This document shows, piece after piece, positions 1-11,770 of a stretch of 64,000 nt of DNA. The stretch is from the NCBI RefSeq assembly GCF_001194135.2, contig NC_068983.1:159898777-159962776 (forward strand), given 5' to 3'. The number at the start of each line of letters is the position of its first letter. Position 1 is the first letter of the stretch. The notes beneath the pieces are model-generated. The model made no database searches. It was not told the DNA's origin and saw only the letters and a list, made by a program, of their open reading frames with translations. The stretch is from Octopus bimaculoides. Its lineage: Eukaryota. Made by a program: the position numbers and the translations under genes.

Positions 1-37
<37 letters not shown>

Positions 38-299
38 TACGTAGATCTATGTATGCGTACGCGCGTGTTTGTGTTTGTGCGTACCTGTGATTGTATACGA
101 GCGTTAGGAGGCGATATTTAGGAAGAGATAAGGGCTTCGTTGATTTTGGTGTGTACACATCCTTTTACGATGCCAAATATGAGTGTAGTCTATGTATAAC
201 GTCTCACGATACATCGATACATAATGTACTGCTTTCTTTCTTTCTTTCTTTCTTTTTTCTGGTTAATATAGTTTATATTGTGGAGAGATTAAGGGAACC

Positions 300-1090
300 A
301 TGAAGAATGAATACTGGTATTGCAGTGTGACGATTTGTCTTAGAAAATCATTGTGACATGATGCGTGTTGTGTCGTTGCTGTTGCTTTTTGGTGATGCTG
401 CCACTAATTATTGTGAAGTAGTGTTTTATTGTTGGTTTTATTGCTTAGGCTGGGTACAAAGGTTTTCTAGTCTTTGTGTTTCCTTCAGTGTATTTCCTTG
501 TTTAGTTTGGTGCCGAGTTATACTTGGTTGTTTGTAATTTTGGTGTGTTGTGTTTGAAGTTGTATTTAATTTCTATGAACTTCTCTATTTCTGGTGTATA
601 ATTGGGGCTTTATTTTTATGGCTCTTTGTGCGTTATGATTTTTTGGATGTGTCTATAATTATTTAGTAAGTATACGTGTTGCAGTGATTATATTAGTGAC
701 TATTGGTGTTGTTGTGCTTTTTGAAGTTCATAGAACTGTTGTAGGCTTCTTCATTGATGTGCTAATATGTTGTCCTAATAATTGATAGGTGATCAAGCAA
801 AGTTGGAGAATCTTTTGTCAAGTTAGGTTAGTGGAGAAGAAGGAGATGTCTGGGGAAAGTGCTAGAGTAGTTGTCTTCTTTAGGAATATCTCTTGTGTTG
901 CTGCTGGATTGTTTAGAATCTAAAAGTAATATATTTGCGGTGATATTGTTAGTTATATTACATGTTTTGATAACCACACTATATAAAAAGCAGGACCTCT
1001 GTGTGCATTGATGTTTCTTGCAAATATAGTATTTGTAAAGTGGTATAGTTGGAGTGTATAATCAGAAGAGACAGCTAGTGATGAAGCTAA
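300..1090 (-). mobile_element. Decayed non-LTR retrotransposon fragment (AP-endonuclease region)
   Basis: Minus-strand translation gives NTIFARNINAH (GDxNAH-like) and ALSPDISF (SPDIS-like) motifs with stops; C/A-rich sense strand. Confidence 0.5.
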
Positions 1091-1109
1091 GTGACATTAT
1101 ATATATATT

Positions 1110-1481
1110 TTTTCTTTTATTCTTTTACTTGATTCAGTCATTTGACTACGGCCATGTTGGAGCACCGCCTTTAGTCGAGCAAATCGACCCCAGGACTTAT
1201 TCTTTGAAAGCTTAGTACTTATTACTTATTCTTTCGGTCTCTTTTGCCGAACCGCTAAGTTGCGGGGACGTAAACATACCAGCATCGGTTGTCAAGCGAT
1301 GTTGGTGGGACAAACACAGACACACAAACATATACACACACATACATACATATGTATATATATATATATATATATACACATATATACGGCGGGCTCCTTG
1401 CCCAAGGTGTCACGCAGTGGGACTGAACACAGAAGCCTGTGGTTGGTAGGCAAGCTACTTACCACAGCCACTCCTGCACCT
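1110..1481 (-). mobile_element. tRNA-derived SINE, family A (internal deletion)
   Basis: Reverse complement has an A/B-box-like head (GGAGTGGCTGTGGTAAG...GTTCAGTCCCAC), a central CA/TA microsatellite and a GCAGTCAAATGACTGAA...TAAAAGA-type tail; five related copies in the window. Confidence 0.85.
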
Positions 1482-1511
1482 ATAATATATATATATATAT
1501 ANNNNNNNNNN

Positions 1512-1848
1512 ATTCTTTGTAAGCCTAGTACTTATTCTATCGGTCCCTTTTGCTGAACCGCTAAGTTACAGGGACGTAAACACACCACCAACGGTTGTCA
1601 AGCGATGTTGGGGGGACAAACACAAACACACAAACATACACACAGACACACAAACACGCACATATATATATATATATACATATATACGACAGGCTTCTTT
1701 CAGTTTCCTTCTACCAAATCCACTCACAAGGCTTTGGTTGGCCCGAGGCTATAGTAGAAGACACTTGCCCAAGATTCCACGCAGTGGGAATGAACCCGGA
1801 ACCATGTGGTTGGTAAGCAAGCTACTTACCACACAGCCACTCCAGCGA
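1512..1848 (-). mobile_element. tRNA-derived SINE, family A (3' end lost in gap)
   Basis: Same head and body as the copies at 13533-13905 and 19664-20114. Confidence 0.9.
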
Positions 1849-1850
1849 CT

Positions 1851-2129
1851 AACTAAAATTTTGATAAAAGTTTTATCAAAATGTATTATTTGTATTTTTC
1901 TAATGTCTTATGATTAATATATTTAATATTTCATTTTCTAAATCTTTCAAAATAGCCTTAATGTGTGTAAATCCCTCTTTTGGAATTCCTTGGGACATTG
2001 AAGTTTGTCCCCTTTAAAGTCAAGGGCGTACTTCTCCACCAGTACGTGCAATTTGATCTTTCTTAAATTTACCTGAATTTTTTCCACGTGACGAGAACCT
2101 TCTGTATATTTTAAATCATTCTCTTGTAT
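1851..2129 (-). pseudogene. rplO: Bacterial 50S ribosomal protein L15 pseudogene (5' part, internal deletion)
   Basis: NDLKYTEGSR / RGKNSGKFKKDQIARTGGEVRP*L*RGQTSMSQGIPKEGFTHI / INHKTLEKYK / FIKIL matches the L15 pattern MKLxELKxxxGSR...GKGxKGQxARxGGGVRPGFEGGQxPLxxRLPKxGF; stops and frameshifts present. Confidence 0.8.
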
Positions 2130-2160
2130 TCTAATTCATTCTCTCATACTTTTACTATTC

Positions 2161-2768
2161 TTATAATTCTTCAGTTGCTTTACGACTTCATCTAGCAACT
2201 TGGTCCAACTGTACTTTATGATTTCAATCCTTCTTTTGTAGCCCTAATCATATTAATTGGTGTAATTGAGCCTAATGATGTTGCACAAACATTGGCTAAT
2301 CCAGCGTGTTCAGTTACAGCACGAGTATGTCCTTCAGTAATAACGCCAGGCCCTTTATAAATGGTATAATCTTTCCTAACCTGCTCCAAAACATCCCATT
2401 ATTTCATAAGCAGCTGGTGTTCCAACAAGTGGTGCTCTAACTAATGAAATTTTTAGCCCTTTTGTTTGGTGTTTTAATAACATCAGGTACATCAGTAGCT
2501 TCTGTACTTACCAATCCAGCACGTCCATTTTTCTATCACAAATTATTAAAATTGTGGCAAATCTGAAATGACATCCGTATTTTGTCACTCTTGTTAGGCG
2601 ATTGTTACAATTGTTTCAGAAATCTCATTACCAGCTTGATTGCAATTAAATGAAATTTGTTCAGTTAATGATGTTTTAGGTCCATCTTGATTATTATTGT
2701 TCTCTTTTTTTTTCTTTTGCTTGCTCTTGAACAGTCGATATTAAATATACAATTTTCTTTTCTGTCAC
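2161..2768 (-). pseudogene. rpsE: Bacterial 30S ribosomal protein S5 pseudogene with N-terminal extension
   Basis: ETIVTI / VTKYGCHFRFATILIICDRK / NGRAGLVSTEATDVPDVIK / [22 protein letters not shown] / [46 protein letters not shown] / DQVAR*SRKATEEL* aligns colinearly with Firmicute S5 (e.g. [14 protein letters not shown]); several frameshifts; TAA at 2161-2163. Confidence 0.93.
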
Positions 2769-2787
2769 ATGTTTCGTTTCTTTCTGA

Positions 2788-3120
2788 TTATAATTTTAGA
2801 CCAGCTTCACGAGCTGATTCAACAAATGGCTACTTTTACATGATATAACTAACCACTGCGATCAAATACAATATTATGAATTTCGATTAGGTAGGTAGAG
2901 CATTTTCAGCAATATCTGCGTCAGTGCTTATTTAACAGCAGTAATAACTGAAGTTGAGTTTAAATAATTCATTTTAAAAATTGACGAAGAAACAATTGTT
3001 ACTTGTTTTATGTGAATAACAATGAACACTTAATTTGAAAACATTTAATCTTGGGAGTAGTAAAGTACCTGTAATTTTATTTTAAAGACGGTAGCATCTT
3101 TTGTTTTACAGTGAATAGAA
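2788..3120 (-). pseudogene. rplR: Bacterial 50S ribosomal protein L18 pseudogene
   Basis: KRCYRL*NKITGTLLLPRLNVFK / VTIVSSS / HNIVFDRSG*LYH / FVESAREAGLKL* matches L18 motifs GTxxRPRLNVF(K/R)S and VVFDRGGYLYHG...AREAGLKF; stop at 2788-2790, about 20 bp upstream of the rpsE start. Confidence 0.9.
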
Positions 3121-3362
3121 AACAAAGACAATAATTCAAGAAATACATATGGCTTAAGATATACAGAATTGGAGAACAAAATATCAGTTATAATGTGTGG
3201 GAATTATAAGTTTCAAAAGAAAATGATTTTTATAAATATTGCAGTTTTATTTTTTAAAGATAAGTAATTAATTTATATTTAATTTGTTAAGCTTTTATAG
3301 AAAACAACACACGTGTTCCTGACTTATTTGCATCTCCCTCTGTCTCTCTTTCTTACATATAT

Positions 3363-3568
3363 TGATTTCTAAATTTGGCGCAGGGCCAGCAATTTTGAGT
3401 GAAGTGTAAATCGATTACATCGACCCCAGTGTTCAACTGGTACTTAGTTTATCGCCTCGCAAGGATGTAAGGAAAAGTCGACCTCGGCGGAATTTGAACT
3501 CAGAACATAAAGTGAGATGAAATACCGCTAAGCATTTGACCCAGCGTGCTAACGATTCTGCCGTCTCA
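3363..3568 (-). mobile_element. tRNA-derived SINE, family B
   Basis: Reverse complement: GGCAGAATCGTTAGCACG...GTTCTGAGTTCAAATTCCGCCGAGGTCGAC...CTGGGGTCGATGTAATCGA; more than ten related copies in the window. Confidence 0.88.
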
Positions 3569-4249
3569 CAGTCTCATATATATATATATATATANNNNNN
3601 NNNNNNNNNNNNNNNNNNNNNNNNNNNNNNNNNNNNNNNNNNNNNNNNNNNNNNNNNNNNNNNNNNNNNNNNNNNNNNNNNNNNNNNNNNNNNNNNNNNN
3701 NNNNNNNNNNNNNNNNNNNNNNNNNNNNNNNNNNNNNNNNNNNNNNNNNNNNNNNNNNNNNNNNNNNNNNNNNNNNNNNNNNNNNNNNNNNNNNNNNNNN
3801 NNNNNNNNNNNNNNNNNNNNNNNNNNNNNNNNNNNNNNNNNNNNNNNNNNNNNNNNNNNNNNNNNNNNNNNNNNNNNNNNNNNNNNNNNNNNNNNNNNNN
3901 NNNNNNNNNNNNNNNNNNNNNNNNNNNNNNNNNNNNNNNNNNNNNNNNNNNNNNNNNNNNNNNNNNNNNNNNNNNNNNNNNNNNNNNNNNNNNNNNNNNN
4001 NNNNNNNNNNNNNNNNNNNNNNNNNNNNNNNNNNNNNNNNNNNNNTATATATATATATATATGAGAATTTAATTTCTATATAGAAGAGTATGACGTTCCC
4101 ACTTATGAATTTGAAGTTAAAATGAAATCTACTTTACTTTGTCTGAGTTAATAAATTCATTGTTACAGTAAAGAACAATTGTCTTTGCGATAGTATCATA
4201 TCGTTAATATCCTTAATTTTGATAAGTAATATCACAAGTTCTGTTAGAT

Positions 4250-4860
4250 GCCAATATTTTACAGTTATTTCAATCATTTGTAGTATTGACTGCTGTGCTA
4301 CGAAAGTTTACATTCTGTCTGGAGTGTAGAATGGCATCGGAACATGTATTTTCAGCACTGTCCTGTATATTTCTTTATATCTCATATAAGCCAGGGGTGA
4401 CAATAGCAATCAGAATCTAACACTGGTTGTTCTTCCCTCTTTATAATTGGTGGAGTGTAGTCTATTCCGGTATTTAGTGGTACTGATGCTACTAATATTG
4501 CAGCTGTAATCTTTCTGTGTTTGCTTCTGTTTTCATATTTATATGACTTAAATGGGAGATGTGATCACAGTCTTTATGGTGATGTTATAGTAGTGTTTCG
4601 AGCTGGTGTAGATGTATTTGGGGGATTTGCTGGGCGGAATATTTTCAAGTAGTGTTAGGAGGGTGATGCTTGACGTGTGTTGCGGCAACAAATAGTACTT
4701 ATCGAATGGTGGGCGAATTTTAGTGAAGAGTTACTATGGTAATATTATTATGAGGAAGTAATCTGGTAAAAACTTGAGTTTGGTCGAAATCTGTTCAGCT
4801 AGTGTCTAATTAAGAAAATTATGTGAAGCATTTTGTATTTACAGAGAGATGTTGGTAGTT
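4250..4860 (-). mobile_element. Heavily decayed LINE-like 3' fragment
   Basis: C/A-rich minus strand resembling the 300-1090 fragment, with a weak Cys/His cluster; no clean motif. Confidence 0.3.
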
Positions 4861-5988
4861 AATAATAGTGGGAACTATGCTAAATAAGTAGATGAGTACT
4901 TAAATTATAATCAAATAAGCAATACTTTTAGAGCAGAAGCTGTAGAAAAATAAAGGAAGAGGGACTAATTTGTAATAATGTTAGCGACTCTCACTTTTGA
5001 ATAATGTTAGCGACTCTCCAGTTTAAAAGCTGGGTTTCTACTGGCACACAAGAAGCTTGTCTGTCTTTGTCTGCTGAGACTTATGAATGTATGCATGCAT
5101 GTATGTGCGTGTATATGTGTCTGGAGGAGATATACTTTCGACTTTTCTCATATGTATGTAGGATTCTAAAACGGAGTGTTTCTTCTTCAAGTGTATGGTA
5201 TGAATTGCATTTGATCAGAGAATTTCGATAAATGATTTACTGATTCGCTCCATCATTATATCATTATATGTAGACGAATGATTCCTTCTTCAACAACAGC
5301 ATAATTCCTTCTTCAAAGGGAATTTTTATTAGCATACTTCTAAGAACTTATCATTAAAACATCCTTAATGTATAACAAAAGGATAATTGACGTCACTATT
5401 ATTCAGTCGATCTAACGAGGGAAGCTCTACATCGTCGCCCCGCCAATAACTAAATTTCTCCCTAAACCACCTCCAACTTCTTAAATAGGGTGGGTTATAT
5501 TCGATACTGTCGTTTCTAGATACTTATAAAAGAATGAGATGGTTACGGCGGGATAACTTTAGATCATAAGTCACATCGCTCAGACTCAGTGAGGCCAAAG
5601 AAACTCAGCAACAACAACTGCGACTTTTATTACGCCTGTTGTACTCGCAACTAGAAAAACTGAATTTGAGCGAAATATAGTCTTCATGTTGCTTTTACTA
5701 ATCTGTAATATCGGGTTTTCAATATTCACATGCATACGTATTCATGCTGCGCTATTATCTACCTATATCCTTGATGCTATATTATAGAATATTGTGAAAT
5801 TTATTGCTGAGCAACTTTTCAGTGTGTGCTGCTGTATCAAGTGGGAATAATGTCTTTATAAGACATCAAGTTTTCTTAGACTACTGGCTATATGCAATGT
5901 GCATCAGTGTATGCATGTTTGCATGCGCGTCTGTAGGAGCGTAACTCGTAGTTAATTGCATGACTAAGGATTCTTAGAAAGTAGTTAC

Positions 5989-6028
5989 CTTTGTTGATCA
6001 TGCTATTCTCTAAGAGGAGGAAGTTTCT
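5989..6028 (-). other. Candidate 40-nt exon (splice signals only)
   Basis: Acceptor CTTATTTTATTTCAG and donor AAG|GTAACT; phase-0 reading RNFLLLENSMINK. Confidence 0.35.
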
Positions 6029-6676
6029 CTGAAATAAAATAAGCACACTATGATTATGCGCCTTGTAAATCATTCATGTTGTACTTAATTATCTTCATTA
6101 ATGGTCAAAAATTCCCATCCTGGAATTTTGCACTTTTAAGAACTAAGGATAAAATAGAATGAATCGTATAGTTCTTATGAGATACATTCCCTTAGAAGAA
6201 GGTTATGCAATTTGTTTTCTTTTTATTAGGTAAATTTGGCATTACGGCATTAGAGATAATAGCACTAGTTTCATTTCATCATATATATTTAAATGGATGG
6301 CATAATTCTGATGAAATCAGAGTAAAAATATATGGTAGAATTTAGTGAGTCAGAGATATGAGGCTGCAGAATATTAACCACGTTGTGTAAAGGACATTTC
6401 TAGCTATTCATAGAAATCCTTGTTCATTACATTACAATTGTAGAGATATAAAACATTAAGAAATGGTAAATGTATGCACAGGGAGTGTATACAAGTGCGT
6501 GTGCTGTGTTTATATGTGTGTACTTGTGGATAAAAATAAAATTAGATATTAGACAATCAAGTTAAACTTTTGCACGTTTAACGTTTTCTTCACGGTATTT
6601 TAAGGTTAAACAGCAATTTTGAAGTACAGTAAATAAGGTAATTACTAAAATACGGTTGGTGGTTGGTAAAACTTAC

Positions 6677-6721
6677 CTGCATTAAGTGCACTAGTGTCAA
6701 CAAATTTGCCAGCCTACAAGC
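6677..6721 (-). other. Candidate 45-nt exon (splice signals only)
   Basis: Acceptor GTTTTCTTCAG and consensus donor CAG|GTAAGT; only phase 0 is open (ACRLANLLTLVHLMQ). Confidence 0.4.
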
Positions 6722-8089
6722 CTGAAGAAAACATTTCAAACTTAACTTCTTTGAAAAAAATCATACAAAGTACAAGGTGACCGTTGGGTATAAATCAACG
6801 AAAATAGAACATTTTCCTGTTGCCTTAGGCCAAAATTTGGTTGAATAGAATCCAATTTCCATTGTAATAAGAACGTTAGATAAAAGTATAATCAATTTGA
6901 AATCTTGCTTTTCTGTTGAGGTAAGGAAAAACAACATAGAACGGAAATAAAAGTGTACCATTAATACTGATAACGGCGTTAGTACGACATAGTGGCGATG
7001 ACAGCGAAAATGCAGTTAGGAGTGTTGCTGCTTATTGAGTCAGTTTGCATGGTGATGTTTATGGCTATCGTCATAGTTTAAAAAGCTGCATAGTTTGAAG
7101 GATGGAGGTTTCTATTAAAAATAGAGAGCTTTCACTACCAAATTTCCTCGCTTTTGATTTGATTACATCGATTTTCCAAATCCCATTCAGATTTTTTCCT
7201 TATTAATTAAAATTATCAAGAACTACTAAGAATATTTTTCGATGAATCTACTTTCCACAAAATTCTTTATGACCTCAATCATCTAATCTATTTTCGATTT
7301 TTTTTTCAGCAGGACAGAAATCAATCAGAACAGGCAAAGAAACTGAAAACTAACAAATGCTGTAAATCTTTCAGAAAATGGATGCATATCGCATTACTGC
7401 CATTGAAGATTCTACAGAAATTTAAAAAGAAAACAAATAGAGGAAATATTTCATTTGTTCTTTTCTCTGGAGTCAGATAAAAGCAATAGAAGACGCATTC
7501 ATCTAAACGAACAATTTTCATCTTTTGCCGAGTAATTTTAGCCCAAGAGATTAGAAGAAAAATTCCCAGTTCTGAAAAATTAAACAAGTTATCCAATATT
7601 GAAACAAGCACAGACGTAATAACAGCCATTCATAACAATAAAGCCAAGTTATTTAGAAGGTAATTTAATTTCTATCTATCCTCATTTCATAAGTCTCCTA
7701 GATGTTATGTTAACTGCAGTAAGTTGCTAGACTGGAATTTTTGTGGTAATTTCATCGATGATGTTCAGTTGATAGATTTAATCTTTTTAATATAGTTGAT
7801 CTGTTGCCTTGGTATTGCTGATAATGTAGCATAATTAATGTTAGTGTATATGTATATAAGATGTTATACATTTTGAATGTTGACACTGATGTTGTTATTA
7901 TAATATTATCAATGTTAGTAGATGTATAACACATGATATACGTTGTCAATGACGTTCTTGATAATAAAACAGCCCCGTTAATGTTAGTTCTCGAATATCT
8001 GATGAAATTTGCTCTTGCTACTTTATAAGTTCATTGCCTGTATTACTTCCATATGTTCATGCTGCGGTTGCTATTGCTAATGTTGTTTT

Positions 8090-8112
8090 TGTTGTTGTTG
8101 TTGTTGTCGTTG

Positions 8113-8180
<68 letters not shown>
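8090..8180. repeat. (GTT)n-(ATT)n compound microsatellite
   Basis: Directly visible; followed by a SINE-B fragment to ~8300. Confidence 0.95.
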
Positions 8181-8181
<1 letters not shown>

Positions 8182-8613
8182 GGCGAGTTGATTGAATTCT
8201 TAGCTCTTCAATAAAAGAAGCATCAGTTAAGCACTGGGGTTGATGTAATCGACTAATTTTCTTTCCCTTTTAAATTACATGTTTTGAGCCTATAGAAAAA
8301 TTACTATTAGGTGGTGTTATATGGCTTTATTTCTTCTATGCAGCTGAAGGTAGTGAAAAGAAGTTGCAGAAAGCATTTGTATTCATATTTGTCCGGATAA
8401 TCTGGATTTTTGCGTGGAGTGTCCCATATCATCTTTGTGGTTCAACCCTAATTTGATGATACCTTCTTGTTGTTATTTTTGTTGTTGCTCTTCTTGGATT
8501 ATAGTTTATTGTTATTGGTTTATTTTCACTCTTTTACACAGCGTAGTTGCCAAATTCTACTGTATCCTCGTTCTGTATATAGTCAACATCTCGGAATCCT
8601 GTAGGTAATAGAA

Positions 8614-8880
8614 TACGTGGGCGGGCTGAAAAGTTCATATGAAGGGATGTCGCTAGAGCTGTGAAATCTTGCATGCATTAATTTTAATTCTTATTATTAT
8701 TAACTGCATTGTTTCGTTCCAGATAAACAAATATCTAACTGCTTAAAGAAGACTTTAAATGTAACTAGCTGCAACATCTGTTCAAAATGGACAATATTTG
8801 GCACAGTGGTGTTATCCAGTACCTGCAGAAAAAGAGATATAGCTCCCAAAGACATTCATGTCGACATAGTTGCTATATTC
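8614..8880 (+). mobile_element. Mariner transposon 5' fragment
   Basis: TA then CGTGGGCGGGCTGAAAAGTTC TIR-like end; MDNIWHSGVIQYLQKK / PKDIHVDIV resembles the mariner transposase N-terminal HTH. Confidence 0.7.
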
Positions 8881-9659
8881 CTAACAAAGGAAATAAATGT
8901 AGACGCGGCTTTTTCGTCGAGAAATGCAACTTTAAATGGTCGATAGTCTGTTACTGGCTTTGCTAATGAGATGTAATAAATTGGGAATACGATGAGCAGC
9001 TTATATGGCCCATGATATGGCGGTTATAGTATGTTCGTTTGTTTCTTTCAGAAGGAATCATTAATAAAAATATGAACGCATTCTTCTAATTCTTTCAGCA
9101 CCATCAAAACACTTAGACATTGACGTGGACTAGTTGGAGGAGTAAATCTCATATCTCAATTAGTCGGCATATAAAGCTAGGTCTTGTTGAATTGTTACTG
9201 AATTAACTTGAGGGTAGTCCTATACGTTAGTTCTATGGGAGTACAAGCAAAGTCATCTCTTGTTCCATGTATAACAAATAAAAGAACAAGGACTAGTTCA
9301 CGTCAGTAGTTAGGGTTAATTTGTGCACAGAGTGCACTCTTCATTTGAAATAGAACCCCTCAACCCATCAACCATTCTATTGACCTGAAGGTTGATAGAT
9401 TGTGGTGTGTATATTTTACCATTCAAGTACTTTTGTCACAGCTGTAACAAAAACATAGATATCTAAAAATATCTAATTTTCTAATAAAGCTCGTGTTGCT
9501 GTCTTCGCCATAGCATATGTGAATTTCAACTACTTGCTAACGTGTGGAATGCCATGAACGATAGCCAAGGGCTATCATGTATAGTGGTCCACACACGTCA
9601 GCAAATAGTTGAAATTTCTAGAAGGAAGAGAAGTTTCAATCAATTCGATTTATATGTGA

Positions 9660-11770
9660 TAAAGTCTAGCTTTTGATGTTCTTGCTTGCTTCCTCTTCTG
9701 AATTGCTCTTTTGTGTGATGCATGCTGAATATTTTCCTTCTCAAATTATGCTACACCGTCAAAAATTGTTTTTCTCCTCTTTGCTTTATATGAAGCTTGT
9801 TATTCCCAGTCCTCAAAAGAAATAGCACATTTCTTCAAATTCATCTTAAGAAGGTTTTCCTCTTTCTTTGTTTCAATTTCCCATAAAACTGCATTGGACT
9901 TCTGGTATTACTCTTTTGCACAAGATGTCAGCTCCACCTTGAAATGCTCTGTATAATGATTGGTTAAACTCTAGTCCTTTGAAGCTTTTCTGGAACTTGA
10001 GCATTCGGGGTATGTGTGGTCTACTTCACATAGAGCATATGCTTCAAGCAGCATTGGTGAAACCGCCCGAGTATCTTAACTTGGTGTTTGTAAATCATGC
10101 AAGTTTCACAGCCATACAATATAGATAAGAGCACACTAGTTTTTGTGTTTAATCTGACATCATATTGTGGCCAAAGCCTGCTCTCTAGATTTCCAAAAGC
10201 TGTTGAAGCTTTTATTCTGCATAAGATCTTTTTTTCCAAACTTGCATCATCTGAGAGCACACTTACCAGATAAGTAAAATGCTTCTTTAAATTTTTGTCT
10301 GCTACTAATTTTTTTTAGCATAACCTTTTCCAGAGGCAGCATGAAAAATCATCTATTCCTCAAATTCATTTCCAAGCTAAAATCTTTCCATGATGCTTTA
10401 AAAACTGTAATCAGATGCTGCAGTTCTTGTGCGTGAGATTTTAAATTTCACGCAATCAACAACATAATTTTTTCCTATCAAAGGATTCAAAATCGTCAGT
10501 TATGTATTCGTCTTTGGACTTCATTTTTCATCTCTCTTAATGCGTCCACTGCTTTCTCCTTATCGACTGAAGATAATTCAGAAGAATAGTAATTTCATTT
10601 AGTCTTTGTTTTTCTTCCAACAAGTTGTGAATCTCCTTATCATTCCCATCGAGACGTTTTCTAATGCCCAGATTTCCATAAATATGTTGTATATCTTTTG
10701 CTGTGAAGGGCTGATATCAAAACAATTTGGATTATTTTTGACGTGGTTCGCCCACATCAAGCTTTTTGCATGTAAATGCTTCGCTGTGAAACTTAGAACT
10801 TACCGTAAGCCAAAGATTAGCTCTGACTAGTTGATGATCAATCCAGCATTCATCTTTCATGACTTTCACTATTGTCGTATCTAGTAGATCAGTCTCTGTA
10901 GTGACTAGAAGGCCAATCATATGCCAGTGCTGTGAACGTAGGTGCTTCCATGTCCCTTTGTACTTGCTGTTTTGACGGAAGAATGTGATGCCAAAAGCCA
11001 AGTTATATTCAAGCATAAGTGCGGGAGATGCAGTCCATTGCTGTTGGTTTTATCTATACCATGTTTTCAAATATCATGTTCAGCCCCTACTCTAGTGTCA
11101 AAATCTTCCATCAGAAATATCTTGTAATCCTTATGAGTATCAGATAACAACCTTCTTAGATCAACATAAAACAGTGATATTTATCCTCTTCAGAATGTGC
11201 TATTGTAGAACCATACAAACTGACCATAGTGGTTTATTCTCCTTTATTAATAGATAATCGAAGCCTTATTATTCTATCTAATGTATCAAACGATAGTTCT
11301 ACAATCTTCTCAACTAACTTGGCCTTTGTAGCAAATCGTACGCCACACTCTCTCTGTCCCACCTCTGTCTGTCTGTCTGTCTGTCTCTGTTTGTCTGTCT
11401 CTTTCTGTCTCTCTCTCTCTCTCTCTGTTCTCTTTCTCCTTTCTCTGCTTTGTCTCATCTAAACATTGTATCGTCTGCATTGATTCGGTGTTATGCTCTT
11501 CGTTAGCAAGACGTGTTTCTTCTGAAAGTGCAATGATATAAATTTCATATCTCCTTAGTCCCTGAGAGAAAACTCTTTCACCCCAGTCCATTTTCCCTTT
11601 GTGAGTCAAGAAAGTTGCAAATACTCCAACAACCAACCCTCAGGCTGGGTATTGTATTTGTAATTTGTAACTATTGCTGCTTTTGTTCCCTTTATCATTT
11701 TTAACGGCTGAAAACGAACAAACATCAGTTGCGGTATACTGATCAGGTATTTGCTTAGAGCGCAATTTCT
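9660..11770 (-). mobile_element. RTE-clade LINE, decayed and internally deleted, split by a (CTGT)n/(CT)n microsatellite
   Basis: Endonuclease motifs IIALSEETRL and KYKGTWKHLRSQHWHMI...CWIDHQLV; late RT region ELQHLITVF; C-terminal RIKASTAFGNLESRLW...LYGCETC. Confidence 0.88.

Noticed and set aside
1430-1480. tRNA-like A/B boxes in SINE heads as tRNA genes
   Set aside because: They continue into SINE bodies and lack a complete cloverleaf; no tRNA, rRNA or CRISPR array is supported anywhere in the window.
1851-3120. Alternative explanation as a NUMT or as nuclear mitoribosomal-protein pseudogenes
   Set aside because: Animal mtDNA lacks ribosomal-protein genes, and three genes in bacterial operon order with short spacers cannot arise from independent retrocopies.
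3536-4072. Long ORFs containing X runs (also at 25.1, 26.4, 35.4, 41.5, 42.4-43.5, 45.0, 46.1 and 59.4 kb)
   Set aside because: They read through N gaps; artefacts.
4975-5019. 19-bp direct repeat AATAATGTTAGCGACTCTC x2
   Set aside because: Small slippage-type duplication with no further structure.
6829-6920. Plus-strand acceptor/donor pair (CCTTAG ... GAG|GTAAGG)
   Set aside because: Stops in all three frames and no supporting neighbours; such pairs arise by chance in AT-rich DNA.
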